From NCBI GenBank assembly GCA_964565215.1, contig CAZMCO010000003.1, forward strand, positions 1 to 50,521: 50,521 nt of DNA. The letters run 5' to 3'. Numbering within the stretch: the first letter of the stretch is position 1; every line of letters begins with the position of its first letter. The position numbers and the translations under genes are program-made. The notes beneath the pieces were generated by a model that ran no database searches, was not told the DNA's origin, and saw only the letters and a list, made by a program, of their open reading frames with translations. This document shows positions 35,440 through 43,693 of this stretch, in pieces. Origin of the DNA: an uncultured Candidatus Saccharibacteria bacterium (GTDB taxonomy: Bacteria > Patescibacteriota > Minisyncoccia > Portnoybacterales > UBA2143).

Positions 35440-37614
35440 ATGAGACCAAATATTATTAAAGGAATTATTTATACCTGTCTCTATTTAACTTTGATAGCTC
35501 CTTTTTTAGTTTGGGGAAGATTTTTATTCCCTTATATTACTCCCAAGACGCTCTTTTTCCGAATACTTATTGAAATAGCTCTATTTTTCTATATTTTACT
35601 GATTATTTATTGGCCTCAATATCGGCCTCGCTTTTCTAAATTAACCTGGGCAATTTTGATTTATTTTTTAATTATTACCTTTGCCAGTATTTTTGGCCTT
35701 GATCCTTACCGCAGTTTTTGGGGAAATATTGAAAGAGGCGAGGGATTATTGACTATTTATCATTTATTTATCTTTTTTATCTTGATTAGTAGTTTATTTA
35801 AGGAAAAAAAAGAATGGCTAAGGTTTTTTAATATTTCTGTTTTTGTTAGTTTGTTGATTAGTTTTTATGCTTTGGGTCAAAAATTGGGCATAGGTTTTTT
35901 GCTGCCCAGCGCTGGCGGTACTCGCTTAACCGGCACCATTGGTAATGCCAGTTTTTTAGCGGCTTATTTATTATTAAATATTTTTCTTTGTTTGTTTCTT
36001 TTTGTTAATAAAAGACATCCTGGCTGGCGAATTTTCTATGGATTAGTTTTTTTATTTGAGGTCTATATTCTTTTTCAGACAGAAACCAGAGGCGCTCTAT
36101 TGGGCTTTTTTGGCGGCTTATTGCTTTTAGCTCTTTTAAGTATTATTTTTTCTAAAAACAAAAAACTCAAGCTTGGATTTGTTGGTCTGTTTTTAATATT
36201 AATTGTTTTAGCCACTTCAATTTGGCTTTGTCGAGATCAGTCCTGGGTTAATAATATTAATGCCTTGCGTCGTTTAACGACCATTTCTACTACTGATATC
36301 ACTACTCAATCGCGACTGTTGGGCTGGCAGGCCGCTTGGCAGGGCTGGCAGGATAGATTTCTTTTTGGTTATGGCTATGAGAATTACAATATTGCTTTTA
36401 ATAAATACTTTCCTGTTTTAATTTACCACGATCCTGGCTCCCGGGTTTGGTTTGACCGGGCTCATAATATTGTTTTTGACCAGGCCGTGCCCGGCGGTAT
36501 TTTTGGTTTATTAGCCTATCTAAGTATTTTTGGATTGACTCTTTGGATTTTATTGTCTAAGAGGCGTCGTGACGATATTGGTTCTTTTATTTTAATTTCT
36601 CTTTTAGCGGCTTATTTTGTTCAAAACTTTTTTGTCTTTGATACTTTGGGCACTTATATTCTTTTTTATTCAGTTTTAGGTTTTCTGGCTTATTTATCTA
36701 CCTCTGGCCAGAATCAAATAAAGCCGGGCAGTCAGCCAAGAATGTTTTTTGTTGTTATTTTAGCCCTAGTTTTTATCTGGTCTGTTTATATCTTTAACAT
36801 TAAGCCAGCTACGGTTAATGCTTTTTCGATTAGGGGATTAAGTTTTGCTTATCATAATAATTATCGCCAAGCCATAGATGAATTTAAAAAGGCCTTGGAA
36901 TATCAGACCAATCAAGCGCCCGAAATTAGGCAAAATTTAGTTAATTTGGTTACTAATGCTTCGCAGAGTAATCAGTTTACTCAACAAGAAAATAAAGAAA
37001 ATTTTGATTTTGCTATTCAAGAAATAGAAAAGAACCTGGCCAGGTCTCCTTTAAATGCTCGCCATTATATGTTTGCCATGACTCTTTATAATGCAGCTGG
37101 TCAATATAACCGGGTAGTTGATTTAGGCTATCAGGCCTTAAATTTGAGTCCAAGTCGTCCCCAGATTTATTATCTGATGGGTCAAGCCAGAATATCTCAG
37201 GGTAAATATCAAGAAGGTATTGAGTATTTCAGAAAAGCCGTAGAATTGAATCCTCAGGTGATGGAATCATATTGGAATTTAGCCACCGCCTATATTATTA
37301 CTAGGCAAAATGAATTAACCGAAGAAGTATTTAGCCAAATGGCAGAAAGAGGCTTTAATTATTATTCAACGAATAGCTTGCAAAGATTGACTAAAATTTA
37401 TTCAGCCATAAAAGATTTTCAGAAACTCACTTTACTTTATCAAGAGATGATTAAATTAGAACCAAATAATCCTGACCTTTATGCTAGATTAGCCGCTGCT
37501 TATAAAGGAATAGGTCAAATAGCCAAAGCTAAAGAAGCGGTTCAAAAAGCCGTGGAATTAAATCCCGGCTTCAAAGAAGAAGCCGAAGCGTTTTTAAACT
37601 CATTAGAAGAATAA
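35440..37614 (+). CDS. O-antigen ligase/polymerase-like (Wzy_C family) membrane protein with C-terminal TPR domain (paralog of 3828-5990)
   Basis: It shares with 3828-5990 FLFPYITPKTLFF, SFWGNIERGEGL, QTETRGALLG, DRAHNIVFDQAVPGGIFGL and VQNFFVFDT. The C-terminal TPRs include YYLMGQARISQGKYQEGIEYFRKAVELNP and LYARLAAAYKGIGQIAKAKEAVQKAVELNP. Confidence 0.8.
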   Translation: MRPNIIKGIIYTCLYLTLIAPFLVWGRFLFPYITPKTLFFRILIEIALFFYILLIIYWPQYRPRFSKLTWAILIYFLIITFASIFGLDPYRSFWGNIERGEGLLTIYHLFIFFILISSLFKEKKEWLRFFNISVFVSLLISFYALGQKLGIGFLLPSAGGTRLTGTIGNASFLAAYLLLNIFLCLFLFVNKRHPGWRIFYGLVFLFEVYILFQTETRGALLGFFGGLLLLALLSIIFSKNKKLKLGFVGLFLILIVLATSIWLCRDQSWVNNINALRRLTTISTTDITTQSRLLGWQAAWQGWQDRFLFGYGYENYNIAFNKYFPVLIYHDPGSRVWFDRAHNIVFDQAVPGGIFGLLAYLSIFGLTLWILLSKRRRDDIGSFILISLLAAYFVQNFFVFDTLGTYILFYSVLGFLAYLSTSGQNQIKPGSQPRMFFVVILALVFIWSVYIFNIKPATVNAFSIRGLSFAYHNNYRQAIDEFKKALEYQTNQAPEIRQNLVNLVTNASQSNQFTQQENKENFDFAIQEIEKNLARSPLNARHYMFAMTLYNAAGQYNRVVDLGYQALNLSPSRPQIYYLMGQARISQGKYQEGIEYFRKAVELNPQVMESYWNLATAYIITRQNELTEEVFSQMAERGFNYYSTNSLQRLTKIYSAIKDFQKLTLLYQEMIKLEPNNPDLYARLAAAYKGIGQIAKAKEAVQKAVELNPGFKEEAEAFLNSLEE

Positions 37615-37617
37615 ACC

Positions 37618-39351
37618 ATGAGGAAATACTTAATTATAATAATTGGGAGTTTGTTTGTTTGCTTAACTGGTGCGCAGGCAGCTGAATTAGGCGAACAAGT
37701 CGATTTTTATGTTGATTCTGGTTACGATGCTTTTGACCGAGGCCATTTAACAGCTACTTTACAAGCTGTTGGCGATAATATTTATTTTTACCTTGATAAT
37801 AATTATTGGGATAAATTGAATACTAATCAAAGAAATTTATTAAGAAAAACCTTGGAGGACTTGGCTGACGAATTTGACCAAGTGATTTATCCTAAAGAAA
37901 GAGCTGTCTTTGGTTCAGAGTGGACTCCCGGCATTGATAACGATAAAAAAATTACTGTTTTGATTAGTCAGTTAGTTAACAATGCCGGCGGTTATTTCAA
38001 TACTTATGATGAATTTTCTCGTTCGCAAATTCCCACTTCTAATCAAAGAGAAATGCTTTATCTTAATGCTCTTAATATTTTGAGTGATAAAAATAAGGCC
38101 TTTTTAGCTCATGAGTTCCAGCATTTAATTAGTTTTTATCAAAAAACCGTCTTATACGGATTAGAAGAAGAAGTCTGGCTCAATGAAGCCCGTTCCGAAT
38201 ATGCGCCAACTCTCTGCGGCTATAATGATGTTTACGCAAATAGTTATTTAGCTGACCGGGTAGATGTTTTTTTGGACGAACCATCTGATTCTTTGACCGA
38301 ATGGAAAAATAAAGTGGATGATTATGGAATAGTCACTTTATTTTTACATTATTTAGTTGACCATTATGGTACTGAAATTTTAACTCGGATGACTTTAAAT
38401 AACCAAATAGGCATAGCTAGCGTTAATAGTGCCTTAGCTGATTTAGGCTACTCGGAAACATTTTCTGATATTTTTGCTGATTGGGCGGTGGCTGTTTATC
38501 TTAATGATTGTCAAGTGGATTCGGAAAATAAGTATTGTTATCTTAATGATAATTTAACTTATCAACGCCTTCATGTTGATTATTCGGCTAGTTATAGCGG
38601 TTTTCCTAATTTGATTGTTTCTCGAAGCAGCTCGATTAAAGATTGGTCTCCTCATTGGTATAGATTTAGACAAGGAACAATTGCCTCAACAGATAGAGAT
38701 GTCTTAAAATTAGAATTTGATGGCTCGACAATTAAGGGCGACTTTCGGGTGCCTTACATTGTCACTGGCCAAAATAGCCAAACAACAGTTCAGTTTATTC
38801 CCTTAGATAATCAACAAGGCGTTATTTATGTTCCTAACTTCACTAGTTTAAATAAGTCAATCATTATGATTCCCTTTAATCAGTATAAGAAAAGTAGTTT
38901 TGGCAGCAATGAGGCCTTAGGTTCATTTTCCTTTACGGCTTCTAGTGTGGCTGAGGTCCCGATTATTGAAAATAACGAAGAAAATCAACCAACTGTTAAT
39001 TATCCTGAAGGTAGTTTAATTCGGGCCATTGGCGACTATAAGGTTTACATTATTAAGAACGGTTATCGACGCTGGATTCAAAAAGCGGAAATTTTTAACG
39101 CCTATAGTCATCTTAGATGGGAAGATATTATAGAAGTTAGCCCAGAGGAGCTGGCTGAATATCAAGAGGCTTGGTTGATTCGAGCTGATGGTGATCGTAG
39201 AGTTTATGAAGTTAATGCTGACGGAACTAAACATTGGCTTAATATGACAGCTGAAGAGTTTAATATTAGCGGTCGACTCTGGGAAATGGTTTATATAGTC
39301 AATACTTTTGAAAGAGACTTTTACCAAACTGGAGCCAATGTTTTATTTTAA
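37618..39351 (+). CDS. Secreted gluzincin-like zinc metallopeptidase with two C-terminal ~50-aa repeats
   Basis: Signal peptide MRKYLIIIIGSLFVCLTGAQA. HEFQH followed 20 residues later by WLNEA, which is the HEXXH...E arrangement. C-terminal tandem repeats are SLIRAIGDYKVYIIKNGYRRWI and WLIRADGDRRVYEVNADGTKHWL. Confidence 0.55.
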   Translation: MRKYLIIIIGSLFVCLTGAQAAELGEQVDFYVDSGYDAFDRGHLTATLQAVGDNIYFYLDNNYWDKLNTNQRNLLRKTLEDLADEFDQVIYPKERAVFGSEWTPGIDNDKKITVLISQLVNNAGGYFNTYDEFSRSQIPTSNQREMLYLNALNILSDKNKAFLAHEFQHLISFYQKTVLYGLEEEVWLNEARSEYAPTLCGYNDVYANSYLADRVDVFLDEPSDSLTEWKNKVDDYGIVTLFLHYLVDHYGTEILTRMTLNNQIGIASVNSALADLGYSETFSDIFADWAVAVYLNDCQVDSENKYCYLNDNLTYQRLHVDYSASYSGFPNLIVSRSSSIKDWSPHWYRFRQGTIASTDRDVLKLEFDGSTIKGDFRVPYIVTGQNSQTTVQFIPLDNQQGVIYVPNFTSLNKSIIMIPFNQYKKSSFGSNEALGSFSFTASSVAEVPIIENNEENQPTVNYPEGSLIRAIGDYKVYIIKNGYRRWIQKAEIFNAYSHLRWEDIIEVSPEELAEYQEAWLIRADGDRRVYEVNADGTKHWLNMTAEEFNISGRLWEMVYIVNTFERDFYQTGANVLF

Positions 39352-40114
39352 AGAAAATATCCCTTTAGCTAAATATACTTCCTTTAAAATTGGTGGGCCA
39401 GCTCGGTACTTTTTAGTAGCTAAAACTACTAATGATTTAATTAAGGCAGTTGGACTGGCTCAAGCCAAAAAACTGCCTTTTTTTATTTTAGGCGGTGGCA
39501 GCAATCTTTTAATTAGTGACCAAGGATTTAACGGATTAGTTATCAGAGCTCAAAATTCAAAAATAAAAGTTCAAAATTCCAGAATTATTGCCGAGGCAGG
39601 AGTAGCTTTGAGTAAATTGATTAAAATCTCAGTAGATTCCGGGCTGACTGGCTTGGAATGGGCTGTTGGTATCCCAGGCACCATTGGCGGCGCTGTAAAA
39701 GTTAAGGCTAGCGCTTTTGGTCAAAATATCTCGGAAGTAGTTAAAGAAATAAAAACATTTGATAAAATTATTCTGGCAGTTGAATTGGTCTTAAGAAAAG
39801 GGAATAAGAAAAAGAGTCAGCAATTAATTAAAGAATATTTAAGAAAAAGAAAGGATAGCCAACCATTAGATTCTTTTTCAGCTGGTTGTATTTTTAAAAA
39901 TCCAGTTGGTCAGTTCGCTGGTCAATTGATTGAACAATCTGGCTTAAAAGGAAAAAAAATTGGCCAGGCCATGATTTCAAAAAAACATGCCAACTTTATA
40001 ATCAATCTCGGCCAGGCCCAAGCTGAAGATGTTATAAAATTAATTCAATTAATTAAAAAATCAGTTAAAGAAAAATTTAATTTGGTTTTAGAAGAAGAAA
40101 TTGTTATACTATAG
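39338..40114 (+). CDS. murB: UDP-N-acetylenolpyruvoylglucosamine reductase (MurB), unusually compact
   Basis: KYTSFKIGGPARYF, ILGGGSNLLISD, GLEWAVGIPGTIGGAV, SAGCIFKNP, ISKKHANFIIN. The ATG at 39338 is preferred over the TTG at 39308. Confidence 0.8.
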   Translation: MFYFKENIPLAKYTSFKIGGPARYFLVAKTTNDLIKAVGLAQAKKLPFFILGGGSNLLISDQGFNGLVIRAQNSKIKVQNSRIIAEAGVALSKLIKISVDSGLTGLEWAVGIPGTIGGAVKVKASAFGQNISEVVKEIKTFDKIILAVELVLRKGNKKKSQQLIKEYLRKRKDSQPLDSFSAGCIFKNPVGQFAGQLIEQSGLKGKKIGQAMISKKHANFIINLGQAQAEDVIKLIQLIKKSVKEKFNLVLEEEIVIL

Positions 40115-40116
40115 TT

Positions 40117-40530
40117 ATGAAAATAATTATTAAAGGGACTAATATAAAACTTTCACCGAGCATTAACCAATACATTGAGAAAAAAATTGGCCAATTGGAA
40201 AAGTTTTTAAAAAAATATAATCCTCAATTAATTGAAGCGCGGGTTGAGGTAGGTAAAATTACCCGTGGTCAGCGGCAAGGTGATATTTTTAGAGCTGAAG
40301 TAAATTTAAGTATTAATGGTCAACTTATTCGGGTTGAAAAAACAGAAGAATCTTTAATGGCGGCCATTGACTTGGTTAAAGATGAATTACATAGAGAGAT
40401 AAGGCAGCGTAAAGATAAAAGAATGACTATACTTATCCGGGGAGCCCGCTCTTGGAAAAAGTTTTGGCGGCTTAGTCCCTTAGCTCGCTTTCGTTCTTCC
40501 AAAGTAAATAAGGGTATAAGGAAAAAATAA
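40117..40530 (+). CDS. hpf: Ribosome hibernation promoting factor / RaiA family, with a basic C-terminal tail
   Basis: MKIIIKGTNIKLSPSINQYIEKKIGQLEKFL ... EVNLSINGQLIRVEKTEESLMAAIDLVKDEL. It sits immediately upstream of secA, as in Firmicutes. Confidence 0.8.
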   Translation: MKIIIKGTNIKLSPSINQYIEKKIGQLEKFLKKYNPQLIEARVEVGKITRGQRQGDIFRAEVNLSINGQLIRVEKTEESLMAAIDLVKDELHREIRQRKDKRMTILIRGARSWKKFWRLSPLARFRSSKVNKGIRKK

Positions 40531-40540
40531 AGTTTTCCAC

Positions 40541-40569
40541 ATTACAAATCTTGACAAATGAAGTATAAT
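40541..40569 (+). promoter_or_regulatory. Candidate promoter, ATTACA-N17-TATAAT, ending 5 nt before the ATG at 40575
   Basis: attaca at 40541-40546, 17-nt spacer, and a perfect tataat at 40564-40569. Confidence 0.4.
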
Positions 40570-40641
40570 TAAAAATGGGTAAAAAGGAGGTCGAATTTAC
40601 CCGTTATTATTTCCTAAAATTGAATAATATTTAATAATAAA

Positions 40642-40749
40642 ATGGTTAAAAGAAAAAAAGCAAAAGCAACCAAAAAAAAGAAAGTTGCTCCTAAAAAGAG
40701 AAAGACCACCAAGAAAAAGAAAACAACTCGAAAGAAAAAGAAAAGATAG
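40642..40749 (+). CDS. Possible 35-aa polybasic micro-protein (MVKRKKAKATKKKKVAPKKRKTTKKKKTTRKKKKR)
   Basis: ATG...TAG ORF not listed in the ORF track; 23 of 35 residues are Lys or Arg. It is preceded by a promoter-like element and followed by two terminator-like hairpins. It could also be a chance ORF in an A-rich tract. Confidence 0.3.
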   Translation: MVKRKKAKATKKKKVAPKKRKTTKKKKTTRKKKKR

Positions 40750-40780
40750 TTCCCTTTTTTATTTTTATTTGTCAACAAAT

Positions 40781-40814
40781 AAATCTGTTTGCCAGCAGGC
40801 AGATTTGATTTTTT
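40781..40814 (+). terminator. Imperfect terminator-like hairpin with T-run
   Basis: aaatct / agattt and gcc / ggc pair around loop agca, with a 4-nt bulge, followed by g-a-tttttt. Confidence 0.4.
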
Positions 40815-40833
40815 GTCAGATTTAAGTTAAAGT

Positions 40834-40856
40834 AAAAGCAGTTAAGCTGCTTTTTT
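40834..40856 (+). terminator. Terminator-like hairpin plus T6, ending 3 nt before the secA ATG
   Basis: aaaagcag (40834-40841) / ctgctttt (40847-40854) with loop ttaag. The T-run spans 40851-40856 and the secA ATG is at 40860. Confidence 0.4.
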
Positions 40857-40859
40857 ATT

Positions 40860-43226
40860 ATGTCCTTTTTGGATAAATTTTTAGGTGATGCTAATAAACG
40901 AAAATTGAAAAAGTTGTCAGGATTGGTTGATCAAATTAATCAACTCGAACCACAGTTCGAGGTTTTTTCTGATAGGCAATTAAAGGAAAAAACAAAAGAA
41001 TTTAGAGAACGATTAAAAAAAGGAGAAACACTTGATGATTTATTGGTTGAGGTCTTTGCCTTAGGGCGAGAGGCAGCTAAAAGAACTTTAAATCAACGCC
41101 ATTTTGATGTTCAATTAATTGGCGGTCTGGTTCTTCATCAAGGTCAGATTGCTGAAATGAAAACCGGTGAAGGAAAAACTTTAGCCGCTACCTTAGCTAT
41201 TTATTTAAATGCCTTGGCTGGTCAAGGAGTTCATATTGTCACGGTTAATGATTACTTAGCCCGTCGGGACACTAACTGGATGGGGCCAATTTATCATCTT
41301 TTGGGACTTTCTTGCGCTTGCCTTAATCATGAAAAGGCCTATCTATATGAACCGCAGAGTGAGCCAGATAAAAATGAAGTAACTGTGGAAATGGAAAATC
41401 TAAAAGAGGTTTCCCGAAAAGAAGCCTATTTAGCTGATATTACTTATGGGACTAATAATGAATTTGGTTTTGATTATTTGCGGGATAATATGGCTCCTTC
41501 ATTAGAGGCCATGGTTCAGCGCCAACCTTATTTCGCCATTATTGATGAGGTAGATAGCATTTTAATTGATGAAGCAAGAACTCCTTTGATTATTTCTATG
41601 CCTGATGCGGAATCAACTAAACTCTATGAGCAATTTAGCCGAATTGTCCCTCAATTGAAAGAAAATACTGATTACAATATTGATGAAAAGATGCGGGCGG
41701 CTACCTTAACCGAAGAAGGCACTACTAAAGTGGAAAAGATATTAGGCTTAGGCAATATCTATCAAGAAGGTGGCATTCGTTATGTTCATCATTTAGAGCA
41801 GGCCTTGCGGGCTCAAGTTTTATTCAAACGAGACAGAGATTATGTGATTAAAGATGGTCAGGTGATTATTGTTGATGATTTTACTGGTCGCTTAATGCCC
41901 GGCCGCCGTTATTCCGAAGGTTTGCATCAGGCCTTAGAAGCCAAAGAAAGAGTTCAGGTTCAGCAGGAGAGTCGTACTTTAGCTTCAATTACTTTTCAAA
42001 ATTATTTTCGCCGTTATCCCAAATTAGCTGGCATGACTGGTACGGCTCTTACTTCAGCCGAAGAATTCCATAAAGTTTATCAAATAGAAGTAGTTGTTGT
42101 GCCAACTAATAAGCTGATGGTTCGTCAGAAATTACCTGACAGTGTTTATAAAAACGAAAAAGGTAAATTTCAAGCTATTGTTAGAGAGATAAAAAACCGT
42201 CATCAAAAAAGTCAGCCGATTTTGGTCGGTACGGTTTCTATTGAGAAAAATGAATTGCTTTCTGCCTATCTTAAAAAAGAAGGCATTCCTCATCAACTTC
42301 TTAATGCTAAGAACCACGAACAGGAAGCTAAAATTATTACCCAGGCCGGGCAGAAAGGAGCGGTTACTGTAGCGACAAATATGGCTGGTCGAGGAGTAGA
42401 TATTGTTTTAGGTGGCAATGAGGTAGTCAAGTCAGGCGGCCTTCATGTAATTGGCACTGAACGTCACGAAGCCCGCCGGATTGACGATCAATTGCGCGGT
42501 CGGGCTGGTCGGCAAGGAGATCCTGGCTCCAGTCAATTCTTTGTTTCTTTAGAAGATGATTTGATGCGTATCTTTGGCGGTAATAGAGTTAAATCAATGA
42601 TGGAAATGTTAAAAGTGCCTGAAGACCAGCCCATTGAGAATAAATTAGTTTCTAAGGCCATTGAGTCAGCTCAAGCAAAAATTGAAGGTTATAATTTTGA
42701 TATTAGACAACATGTCTTAGAATATGATGATGTGATGAATAAGCAACGAGAGGTGATTTATAAGAAACGAAGAGAGACTCTAAAAAAAGATAATCTTAAA
42801 GAAGAAATAATTGCTATGATAAAAGAAGAAGCAGCTAATCTTAAAACTTATCAGGAAAAAGAGAAAAAAATTGGTCCGGCCAATATGCGCCAGATAGAAA
42901 AATTTGTTCTCTTAAGAAGCTTAGATACTCTTTGGATGGACCATTTAGACAATATGGAGCATTTGCGTGACAGCGTCCGTCTACGGGCTTATGGTCAAAA
43001 AGACCCCTTGGTTGAATACAAAAACGAGGGCATGCGCTTGTTTCAAAGATTGCTAGATGCCTTTCGGTTAATGGTCGTTGATACTATCTATAAGGTTGAT
43101 TTAGCCCCAGTTTCGCCCGCCGAAGCTCCGACGAGAGTCGGAGCGAAGGTGGGTCGGAATTCACCCTGTCCTTGTGGCAGCGGCAAAAAATATAAAAAAT
43201 GCTGCTGGCCCAAATATGGCCGCTAA
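40860..43226 (+). CDS. secA: Preprotein translocase ATPase SecA (compact, 788 aa)
   Basis: [79 protein letters not shown], and the C-terminal zinc motif [13 protein letters not shown]. Confidence 0.97.
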   Translation: MSFLDKFLGDANKRKLKKLSGLVDQINQLEPQFEVFSDRQLKEKTKEFRERLKKGETLDDLLVEVFALGREAAKRTLNQRHFDVQLIGGLVLHQGQIAEMKTGEGKTLAATLAIYLNALAGQGVHIVTVNDYLARRDTNWMGPIYHLLGLSCACLNHEKAYLYEPQSEPDKNEVTVEMENLKEVSRKEAYLADITYGTNNEFGFDYLRDNMAPSLEAMVQRQPYFAIIDEVDSILIDEARTPLIISMPDAESTKLYEQFSRIVPQLKENTDYNIDEKMRAATLTEEGTTKVEKILGLGNIYQEGGIRYVHHLEQALRAQVLFKRDRDYVIKDGQVIIVDDFTGRLMPGRRYSEGLHQALEAKERVQVQQESRTLASITFQNYFRRYPKLAGMTGTALTSAEEFHKVYQIEVVVVPTNKLMVRQKLPDSVYKNEKGKFQAIVREIKNRHQKSQPILVGTVSIEKNELLSAYLKKEGIPHQLLNAKNHEQEAKIITQAGQKGAVTVATNMAGRGVDIVLGGNEVVKSGGLHVIGTERHEARRIDDQLRGRAGRQGDPGSSQFFVSLEDDLMRIFGGNRVKSMMEMLKVPEDQPIENKLVSKAIESAQAKIEGYNFDIRQHVLEYDDVMNKQREVIYKKRRETLKKDNLKEEIIAMIKEEAANLKTYQEKEKKIGPANMRQIEKFVLLRSLDTLWMDHLDNMEHLRDSVRLRAYGQKDPLVEYKNEGMRLFQRLLDAFRLMVVDTIYKVDLAPVSPAEAPTRVGAKVGRNSPCPCGSGKKYKKCCWPKYGR

Positions 43227-43227
43227 G

Positions 43228-43692
43228 ATGGAAATTCTTACTTATCAAAATTATTTACGAACGATTAGAACTAGTCGAGGTAGTCGGATGTTCCAACGTC
43301 TTTATGTTTTAGAAAATAATAAGAAGAAAGATATTCTTAAAAACGGCCAGCTTGCCTGCGCTTATTATGTTTCTTCCATTTTAAAAATTTTTGATTTGAT
43401 TTCTCAGCCACACACTACAGTTAAAAGCACTCTTAAAGACATTCTTAAAAATAATTGGCGAGAGACTAAAAAATTAAAACCAGGCAATATTTTAGTCTGG
43501 CAAGAGAAGAAATATGTTAATGGTCAATTACATCAACATCTTGGATTTTATCTCGGTAATAATAAAGCAATTAGCAATTCTCATAAAAAACGCGTTCCAA
43601 TTATTCATCATTTTACCTATGGCCAAACCAAAACTGGCCAAGCCAAGCGAAAAATCATCCAAATCTTAACCCATCGGATAATTAAAGAATAA
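43228..43692 (+). CDS. Hypothetical protein, possibly an NlpC/P60-like (papain-fold) Cys-His hydrolase, with no signal peptide
   Basis: GQLACAYYVSSIL (candidate nucleophile Cys), PGNILVWQEKK, HLGFYLGNNKAISNS (candidate His). The ATG at 43228 follows the secA stop by 1 nt; the GTG at 43174 in the track is rejected. Confidence 0.35.
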   Translation: MEILTYQNYLRTIRTSRGSRMFQRLYVLENNKKKDILKNGQLACAYYVSSILKIFDLISQPHTTVKSTLKDILKNNWRETKKLKPGNILVWQEKKYVNGQLHQHLGFYLGNNKAISNSHKKRVPIIHHFTYGQTKTGQAKRKIIQILTHRIIKE

Positions 43693-43693
43693 C

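Noticed and set aside
40551-40569. Perfect TTGACA (40551-40556) near a perfect TATAAT (40564-40569)
   Set aside because: The spacer is only 7 nt, which is incompatible with a sigma-70 promoter. ATTACA at 40541-40546 with a 17-nt spacer is the workable -35.
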